DNA from: Candidatus Saccharimonadota bacterium
GTDB lineage: Bacteria > Patescibacteriota > Microgenomatia > UBA1406 > GWC2-37-13
Reading direction: 5' to 3'
DNA: 32,000 nt
NCBI GenBank assembly: GCA_016700135.1
Contig: CP065004.1
Coordinates: 510,001 to 542,000, forward strand
The translations under genes were made by a program, and so were the position numbers. The notes below the pieces were generated by a model that saw only the letters and a program-made list of their open reading frames with translations, was not told where the DNA came from and did not search any database. Below, in pieces: positions 17,261 through 24,391 of this stretch. The first letter of the stretch is position 1, and every line of letters starts with the position of its first letter.

Positions 17261-17408
17261 GTTCGAGCTCCTTTCACTTGATGCGTCACAGATTGTTGAG
17301 TTGTACTAAGATACCATCATAACTTTCTCACAGCTTTTGTGAAAAAGTTCACAGGTACTTAGAACGATATTATTCTATGAAGGACTTATATATTTATGAA
17401 TGACTGCT

Positions 17409-17426
17409 TTGTCAGGAAAACTGACT
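17409..17426. promoter_or_regulatory. Palindrome-containing motif TTGTCAGGAAAACTGACT, copy 2
   Basis: Exact 18-nt match to 11588-11605. The surrounding 29 nt (GAATGAC....TTGTCAGGAAAACTGACT) differ at only 3 positions. Ends 10 nt upstream of the STAND-2 -10 element. Confidence 0.5.
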
Positions 17427-17436
17427 GGAAATGTAA

Positions 17437-17442
17437 TATAAT
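17437..17442 (+). promoter_or_regulatory. -10 hexamer TATAAT located 6 nt upstream of the STAND-2 ATG
   Basis: The sequence reads TATAAT-tacatc-ATG(17449). Confidence 0.45.
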
Positions 17443-17448
17443 TACATC

Positions 17449-19584
17449 ATGACAAAGCTCTCAACGGGGACAAGCTTTGCCCAACTATTCAAAAAATACC
17501 GGCTTCTTTCGGAAATTGAAACCCTCGCAGAATTCGGCGATCTTCTTGCAGAGGAAGGGTTTGTGTATGAAACAAGTCTTTTCACCCGTTGGCAAAAAGG
17601 AGACCGCGAGCCAAAAGAAAGACGGGTGCTTCTTGCAATACTGCGAGTATTCGCCAAAAGAGGCGGAATTGTGAGTATAGAGGAGGCGAATTCTGTCGTC
17701 CAATCTGTCAATCAGAAAGATTTAACACATGAAGAATCTTCAGCTCTCTCTGAATTTATTCAAACCTCAAATACTAAAACATTACCGGTAAAACCATACC
17801 TTTTTGTCGGCCGGGATGAATTGTTAAAGGATTTATCTTGGGAGCTGATTAATAAAAAGAAAGTATTGCTATACGGGATGCCAGGAGTGGGTAAGACATA
17901 TATTGCAATATATTTAGCACACCAGTTGAAAAATTTCTTTTCCGATGGTATTTTTTGGTTCCGTGCTGATATCAAGAGTTATGATGATATTGTGGATGAG
18001 TTATTGAGTAGTTTTGGCTTAAATGTTTCGCTAGGGTCAAGCGAAGAAGTGAAATTGGAGAAGCTAAATTCAGCTCTTAAGAATAGAGATATTTTAATTA
18101 TTCTAGATAATATTGATAATGATCTGTTTACAAAAAGATTTGATATTAAAGCACTACGTATCCCGATATTAGCTACTTCTGTGAGGAAATTATCATTGGA
18201 ATTTTCTACATATAAAGTTCACCCTTTTTCTGTAGAAGAGTTTATGAAGTTAAGTGAAAAAATATTGGGGAAACCATACCTTTTAACTAATAAGCTTGAT
18301 ATTGAAGATATCGGGAAGAAAATTGGATATTTACCTATTTCTTCACTACTTACAATTAAACAGGTCTATTTATATCCTACTGAAATTAAAAGTATAACTT
18401 CAAAATTTGATAATTCCAACTTAAAGCTAGACACACTAATTTATGACCATAAGAGTTTATCTGTAACTATTGATCTAGTGTTTCGAAGGTTACAATTAGA
18501 TGAAAAAAAAGTATTAGTAGCATGTGCTGTCTTTGAAGGTCAAGACTTTGATATAGAGCATGTGTCAGTAATAACGAATATTAGCAAGAAGAGCATTCAG
18601 AGTTTCTTTAATAAGTTAATAGAAATTTCTCTACTTGATTTGTCAGTTACAAATAGATATAGATTGCATCCTGCCATACATGCGTATTTGCGAACTAGAG
18701 TTGAATCTACAACCATAATAAATCTCATGAAACTTTATGTTAATAATTTAAAGAAAGTTAGCATTGGAAGTGATAAATACCTTGCATATTTCAATAAAGA
18801 ATATGAAAGCATTATTGGCATCATTAACCAAGGATATAAGTTTGGCCAATATAAATTGGTCACACAAATTTGGCAATTTGTAAGCACGTACATTTTCATC
18901 AGTGGGGATTGGGGAAAAATACTACAATTTTCATCAATTATCGAGGACTCCTATCGAAAAATAAATGATAAATATGGACTAGTTATTTATTGGATAGAAG
19001 ATCTGGGCAGAGTATACTTTTTCCAAAAAGATACTATTAATGCTAGAAAACTGCTACAAGAATCATCTAAAATCGCACGATCTCTTCAGGACAATTCTCT
19101 GTTAGGTTTGATTTCGCAAAAATATGGAGCTTTGTATAGCTCTATTAACAAACTCGATTTAGCTGAGGAGCATCTATCTAAAGCAATAGAGCAATTGCAA
19201 ATTACCAAGCTAATTGGACAACTGGCAAAGACTTATGCATATTTAGGAATGGTTTACGCAAAACAAGGAAAGGATTCTCTTGCGATAAAATATATGGGAA
19301 AAGCACTTAGAGATATCCAGCACATTGAAGATATACCAGTGATTGGATATATATATGTTTACTTAGGCAATTCATATTTAAAGATTAATCAATTACTAGA
19401 TGCCGAATTCTATTTAAGAAAAGGATTGAAGTACTCTGTTAAAAGAAATGTTCTTATTTGCTGCGCTCTAGCATATGAAGGTTTAAGCGAATTGTGCCAG
19501 AAAAAAAACAAAATGTATCTTCAAAAAAAGTATCTTACTAAAGCACAGGAGCTTTATTCTGCCTTGGGTATGCATTCATCCTAA
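17449..19584 (+). CDS. STAND NTPase: XRE-type HTH + NB-ARC-like P-loop + TPR repeats (paralogue 2)
   Basis: 711 aa. By hand alignment, the first about 80 aa are roughly three-quarters identical to paralogue 1. Walker A is GMPGVGKT and Walker B is ILIILDNIDN. The GLPLA-equivalent is degenerate (IGYLPIS). The C-terminus is TPR-like. Confidence 0.8.
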   Translation: MTKLSTGTSFAQLFKKYRLLSEIETLAEFGDLLAEEGFVYETSLFTRWQKGDREPKERRVLLAILRVFAKRGGIVSIEEANSVVQSVNQKDLTHEESSALSEFIQTSNTKTLPVKPYLFVGRDELLKDLSWELINKKKVLLYGMPGVGKTYIAIYLAHQLKNFFSDGIFWFRADIKSYDDIVDELLSSFGLNVSLGSSEEVKLEKLNSALKNRDILIILDNIDNDLFTKRFDIKALRIPILATSVRKLSLEFSTYKVHPFSVEEFMKLSEKILGKPYLLTNKLDIEDIGKKIGYLPISSLLTIKQVYLYPTEIKSITSKFDNSNLKLDTLIYDHKSLSVTIDLVFRRLQLDEKKVLVACAVFEGQDFDIEHVSVITNISKKSIQSFFNKLIEISLLDLSVTNRYRLHPAIHAYLRTRVESTTIINLMKLYVNNLKKVSIGSDKYLAYFNKEYESIIGIINQGYKFGQYKLVTQIWQFVSTYIFISGDWGKILQFSSIIEDSYRKINDKYGLVIYWIEDLGRVYFFQKDTINARKLLQESSKIARSLQDNSLLGLISQKYGALYSSINKLDLAEEHLSKAIEQLQITKLIGQLAKTYAYLGMVYAKQGKDSLAIKYMGKALRDIQHIEDIPVIGYIYVYLGNSYLKINQLLDAEFYLRKGLKYSVKRNVLICCALAYEGLSELCQKKNKMYLQKKYLTKAQELYSALGMHSS

Positions 19585-19653
19585 TTATCTCTCTAAATAT
19601 GTTGCTGTATAATAAATTGAGCGGAAATCAAAAGTATTATTCTCACAATTGAT

Positions 19654-20678
19654 ATGAATTCTATAAGAGACCTTGATCTTCAAACTTTTTTTGATGAAAA
19701 GTCTCCACAAGATAAAATCAAATTTTTGTTGCAACTTGCAATGCTTGCACCATCGACTCATAACAGTCAACCCTGGCTTTTCAAAATAAAAAGCGGATCT
19801 TGTGAAATTCATGTAGATTCTAAAAAAAAATGACAGCCTCTGATAAAAGTGGACGAAATCTATATATTAGTATTGGAGCATGTTTAGAAAATTTGGTTAT
19901 AGCTTCGAAATTTTTTGGTGTTTACAGTCATGTTAAATATCATAAAAACATTAAAGATGATTCCGTATGTGAAGTATACTTTAATAATCTTACTGGTTTA
20001 ATTGCGAAACCAAATCTACGACACAAGTTGTTGGTAAAAGCTATTCTAAAAAGAGTTACAAAGCGAGCATTTTATCATAAAAGGCAAGTCCCCAAAAGTA
20101 TAATTAATGCATTAGAAAAACTTTCAGTTCATGAGCATATTAAGGTTAATGTACTAACCACCAGTGAGAAGTTAAATCAATTTACAGATATAACAATAAA
20201 AGCTATTCAATCTGGGTATAGTGATAGAGCTTTTCGGAAGGAATTATCGCAGTGGATTAATAATAACCTATCAGATCGAAAAGAAGGTATTCCTGGATAC
20301 TCATTAAATATGCCATTTATTGTATCACTGTTATTCCCATTCCTATTAAGGAATATAAACTTGAGTGAATTAGTAGCACGAATTAACAAGAAAAGTCTGA
20401 AGACGATGTCTGCTGTGTGTATTGTAACCTCAGCCACTGACACAAAACGCGATTGGTTAGAAATAGGACGAATATCTCAAAGAGCATTGCTAATATTAAC
20501 TAGCAAAGACTTGAGCACATACATAACAGTCGCTGCAGTCGATATAGATAATTACTATCTAGAAGTTCAAGAGTTATTGAATACGTCTTGGAGACCACAA
20601 TTTTCTTTTACTTTTGGCTACTCTAATATTGTCTCTAAATTCCCCCCGAGACATTCCGTCGACGAAAAATTAATATAA
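19654..20678 (+). pseudogene. Acg-type nitroreductase family gene interrupted by a frameshift at an A9 tract
   Basis: A 59-aa N-terminal piece (19654-19833, MNSIRDL...LAPSTHNSQPWLFKI...VDSKKK*) carries the nitroreductase signature. The 282-aa remainder (19830-20678) is in the -1 frame. One extra A in the run 19822-19830 would fuse them. Confidence 0.7.
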
Positions 20679-20694
20679 TTTACAATTATGCGTG

Positions 20695-22194
20695 ATGAAT
20701 AATTATATAACGAAGTATGAATCTCTATTAAGGAATAATAGTTCGAGTTATTGGCAAAAAAAAGGAGAAATTAAAGTACTAGAACTATTTCATAGTATGG
20801 CACAAAGGGTTCCTGCCTATAGAAAATATCTACAAAATCTAGCAATAAAACATCAGTCAGTTAAAACAATTGCTGACTTTAAGCAGATTCCACCCATAGA
20901 CAAGGAGAATTACCTAAGAAGATATTCTCTTGAAGAACTATGTTGGGACGGTTCCTTTAATAAAGAACAATGGATAATATCAACAACTTCAGGATCAACT
21001 GGAGAACCTTTTTACTTCCCTCGTACTAACGCTCAGGATAGAGAGTACGCTTTAACAGCAGAGTTATATTTAAGGAATAACTTTAGTATTGAAAGAAATA
21101 CTACGTTGTATATTAACGGGTTTGCTATGGGGGCATGGATAGGTGGAGTTTTTACATATCAAGCGATCACAGATATTGCTCAAACAGGGAAATACCCCTT
21201 AAGTATAATTTCACCAGGAATCTTTAAGCCGGAAATAATTAAAGCTATTAATAATCTAGGAAGTAAGTTCGACCAGATCATTATTGGCGGTTATCCCCCG
21301 ATGATTAAGGATATGATCGACGATGCTATACAATCAGGGATAGACTGGTCTAACTATAATGTGGGATTTGTTTTTTCAGCAGAAGGATTTTCTGAAGAAT
21401 TTAGATCCTATATTATTCGGAAAGCACAACTAGCAAACTACTATACTTCGACGATTAATCACTACGGTTCGGTAGATCTAGGAACAATGGCACATGAAAC
21501 GCCATTAAGTATTTTTATTCGTAAGGATCTAATTTCTTCTCCCAGAAGATATATCAATATTTTTAATGATTTCTATCGTTTACCTACTTTAGCTCAATAC
21601 AATCCTTTACAGTTTTACTTTGAAGAGGTAGACGAGAGGCTGTATTGCTCTGCTTATAGTGGGATACCTTTAGTTAGGTATGATTTAAAAGACCATGGTG
21701 GTGTTTATGGGTTTGATGAGATGCTTGCGCTTTATCAGTCAGATGGCATATCTCTAATGGAAAAAATTAAAGGTCTAGAATTAGGGAAATCAATTTGGAG
21801 ATTACCGTTTGTTTATGTTTATGAGCGCAGTGACTTTATTGTGAAATTATATGGGGCAAATATTTATCCTGAGACTATTCGGAAAGTATTAAATTCTTAT
21901 TTTGCAAAACAACTAACTGGAAAGTTTACTGCGGAAATAAATTATGATGACGATCACAATCAATATTTGGTCATAAATATTGAAATGAAAAAAGGAGTAA
22001 AACAAACTAAAGTACTTATAAAGCTGTTAACTGATGAGATAACAAAGAGATTGTTAAAAGAAAATTCAGAATTCCGTTCAAACTATAAAGAAAGTCCCCT
22101 TAGGCAAAGGCCACATATAGTTTTATGGGAGTATGAAAGTTCAAAATATTTTACACCTGGAGTAAAGCAAAAATGGGTGCTTAGTGAAAAATAA
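20695..22194 (+). CDS. PaaK / coenzyme F390 synthetase-like adenylate-forming enzyme
   Basis: About 499 aa with the AMP-binding P-loop-like motif STTSGSTGEPFYFPRT. The ATG at 20695 is preferred over the GTG at 20692. Confidence 0.65.
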   Translation: MNNYITKYESLLRNNSSSYWQKKGEIKVLELFHSMAQRVPAYRKYLQNLAIKHQSVKTIADFKQIPPIDKENYLRRYSLEELCWDGSFNKEQWIISTTSGSTGEPFYFPRTNAQDREYALTAELYLRNNFSIERNTTLYINGFAMGAWIGGVFTYQAITDIAQTGKYPLSIISPGIFKPEIIKAINNLGSKFDQIIIGGYPPMIKDMIDDAIQSGIDWSNYNVGFVFSAEGFSEEFRSYIIRKAQLANYYTSTINHYGSVDLGTMAHETPLSIFIRKDLISSPRRYINIFNDFYRLPTLAQYNPLQFYFEEVDERLYCSAYSGIPLVRYDLKDHGGVYGFDEMLALYQSDGISLMEKIKGLELGKSIWRLPFVYVYERSDFIVKLYGANIYPETIRKVLNSYFAKQLTGKFTAEINYDDDHNQYLVINIEMKKGVKQTKVLIKLLTDEITKRLLKENSEFRSNYKESPLRQRPHIVLWEYESSKYFTPGVKQKWVLSEK

Positions 22195-23249
22195 TGGAAC
22201 CAATAATTTTAGATGAGTTTAAATATTCTTTAGAAGACATTCAAAAATTGTCTAAAGAACATCCTATCACAGAAAGGAAAGACTTATATTGTGCTCAATT
22301 AGCAGAGCTTTATGAAGTTAATTATCCTGCAAGGAAGCTTCAAAATTCTACAAATAAAAAAAAATTTTTTAATGATAAGCTCAGTCCAAATGCTGATATC
22401 CGTGGAAATTGGGTATATTTCCCATGGAATGGACATTTGATCCACACACTTAATAGGGATGACTACTTTGAGCTAAGAACAAATCGTAACCAACTGCTGG
22501 TTTCCACTCAGGAGCAGAAGAGAATATATAGAAGTACAGTAGGCGTTTTAGGGTTATCGATCGGCAGTCATATCGCCGTAAATCTATGTCAACAAGGGAT
22601 TAGTAAAACGATCAAAATTGCAGACGATGATTCTATCGATACAACAAATTTGAATAGAATTAGAGGTAGTTTAATTGATGTCAGCAAAGACAAAACTGTA
22701 AGTGTACAAGAAAAAATCCATGAATTAAATCCTTATAACAAGGTGGTTTCGTTTGGCAAGCTTACAGAGGAAAATCTCCCTATGTTTTTGGGGAATTCAC
22801 CTAGGCCAAATGTGATAGTGGAAGTCATTGATGACTTTAAAATGAAAGTACATTTGAGATGTCTTGCACGAAAGTATAGAATACCCGTTATCATGCTCTC
22901 CAATGTAGCTGATAACATTATTATCGATGTTGAGAGATATGATCTTTCTTCGAATCTATCCTTCTTTAATGGGTTGCTAGGAAATCTTCCAGAACAGATT
23001 ATTAGAGAGCCAAATACTGATCCTAATATTCTTGCAGTCGCTATGGTCGGTAAAGAGCTTATTCCCGATAAAGCCCTAAAGTCTGTTAAAGAAATTGGAA
23101 AAACACTTGTAGGAAGGCCACAACTTATTAGTACAATTTCAGTGTCAAGTGGGATAGCCACTTATATGATACGAGAAATTTTATTAGGAAATGATCAGAT
23201 ACAAGGGCGGAAGGTGTTAAGGCTTGATGATATCTTCTATAAAGAATAG
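22194..23249 (+). CDS. E1-like ThiF/MoeB-family adenylyltransferase with an N-terminal extension
   Basis: 351 aa. The nucleotide-binding region is VGVLGLSIGSHIAVNLCQQGISKTIKIADDDSIDTTNLNRI. Its start overlaps the upstream stop (TAATG). Confidence 0.65.
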   Translation: MEPIILDEFKYSLEDIQKLSKEHPITERKDLYCAQLAELYEVNYPARKLQNSTNKKKFFNDKLSPNADIRGNWVYFPWNGHLIHTLNRDDYFELRTNRNQLLVSTQEQKRIYRSTVGVLGLSIGSHIAVNLCQQGISKTIKIADDDSIDTTNLNRIRGSLIDVSKDKTVSVQEKIHELNPYNKVVSFGKLTEENLPMFLGNSPRPNVIVEVIDDFKMKVHLRCLARKYRIPVIMLSNVADNIIIDVERYDLSSNLSFFNGLLGNLPEQIIREPNTDPNILAVAMVGKELIPDKALKSVKEIGKTLVGRPQLISTISVSSGIATYMIREILLGNDQIQGRKVLRLDDIFYKE

Positions 23250-23676
23250 TATACTTTTTCTATGGAGCTATTCGTTCTATTTATTGTCTTAATAATAAGC
23301 ATTGTACTAAGTCTTTTCGTTATTCATAGTAATCCTAATAGCTTTACCAATCGTTTATTTGTTATTCTTAACGCTACAATTTTCGTTTGGGCAATTATTA
23401 ATAATCTATCATTACAGGCTACCAACGAAGCAACAGCATTATTATGGATGAGACTTACAACTTTTTTTGCTGTTCCACAAGCTGTTTTAGTATACCTATT
23501 AGTACAGAATTTACCGTTTGATAAACGTCTTGTCAGTAAAACTCAACTATTCCTTCTCTTATCTATATCATCGTGTACCATGCTTTTAACATTGTCTCCG
23601 TGGGTATTTAGTAATGTAGTCCTAACTCCAACAGGCTATACTCCAGTTATAGGAATGGCAATGCCGATATTTGCAA

Positions 23677-24391
23677 GGCTCTAGACTAGCACATTAACAA
23701 TTTGTAATAGTTCATTGTAAAGGATCGATGGGGATTTGCTCCATCTCCATTCACACTCTTTCAAGTGTAATGGAAAGTTTTTCTTTACACCATTGAACTT
23801 AACGAGACGTCTTTTACAAAAGGACCAGAATGACTCTATGCCATTGATATGGACCCCTTTTGTATTTGAGAACTCATTTTTCTTGTGATTGATTCTCAAA
23901 TGTTTGTCATACCCGACATCAACAAGTCCGTTGTATCCGCTCCACGAATCTGAATATACAGTACTGTTCAAGTCAATCTTTCCCTTCATAACAGCATGTA
24001 GCGTTCTTCTTTTACAGTTTGGAATGATACGAGTAAATACACGTCCTTGACGCTCATATATCCCAAATACTACCTGCTTAAATGACGTCCCACGACCTCT
24101 TTTACTTGACTTGCCTCTCATCCTTCGAGGTCCAAAGTATGATTCATCAATTTCTATCTCACCACCAACATATCGTTGCATCTGGTGCACTTGGTGATGA
24201 TATATGAGTTGACGAATATTATTGTAATATTTGTTGACTGTATTGCGGTTGAGACCCAAAATACCAGAGGTCTGTGTAGCACTCAGATCGTGTGCAAAAC
24301 ACCATAGTATCTTTTTTCTCTTGTATTTTGATATCGGCCTATTGTTACAAACCATACCTCTAGTTTAGCACTACTCTGCTAGTCTAGAGCC
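23677..24391 (-). mobile_element. IS1595-family insertion sequence, copy B (715 bp, inverted relative to copy A)
   Basis: Same 15-bp terminal repeats and an identical transposase translation. Flanked by the direct repeat TTTGCAA (23670-23676 and 24392-24398). Confidence 0.85.
23681..24355 (-). CDS. IS1595-family transposase (identical to 8290-8964)
   Basis: The 224-aa translation is identical to copy A. Confidence 0.8.
   Translation of the reverse strand: MVCNNRPISKYKRKKILWCFAHDLSATQTSGILGLNRNTVNKYYNNIRQLIYHHQVHQMQRYVGGEIEIDESYFGPRRMRGKSSKRGRGTSFKQVVFGIYERQGRVFTRIIPNCKRRTLHAVMKGKIDLNSTVYSDSWSGYNGLVDVGYDKHLRINHKKNEFSNTKGVHINGIESFWSFCKRRLVKFNGVKKNFPLHLKECEWRWSKSPSILYNELLQIVNVLV

Noticed and set aside
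19585-19812. 75-aa minus-strand ORF in the gap between STAND-2 and the nitroreductase
   Set aside because: It lies antisense to the plus-strand reading frame 19654-19833, which carries a clear nitroreductase N-terminal signature (LAPSTHNSQPW). It is most likely a shadow ORF in AT-rich DNA.
22354-22368. The A9/T6 homopolymer pair inside the E1-like gene and the A8 run at 19501 in STAND-2 as additional frameshift sites
   Set aside because: Both are read through in frame (NKKKFFND and QKKNKM) with intact downstream protein sequence. They are only potential slippage hotspots, not observed disruptions.
8254-24391. The two inverted IS1595 copies plus the intervening 14.7 kb as a single composite transposon
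   Set aside because: Each copy has its own matching 7-bp direct repeat (TTAGGAG for copy A, TTTGCAA for copy B). The outer flanks of the pair do not match each other, so the block was not inserted as one unit.
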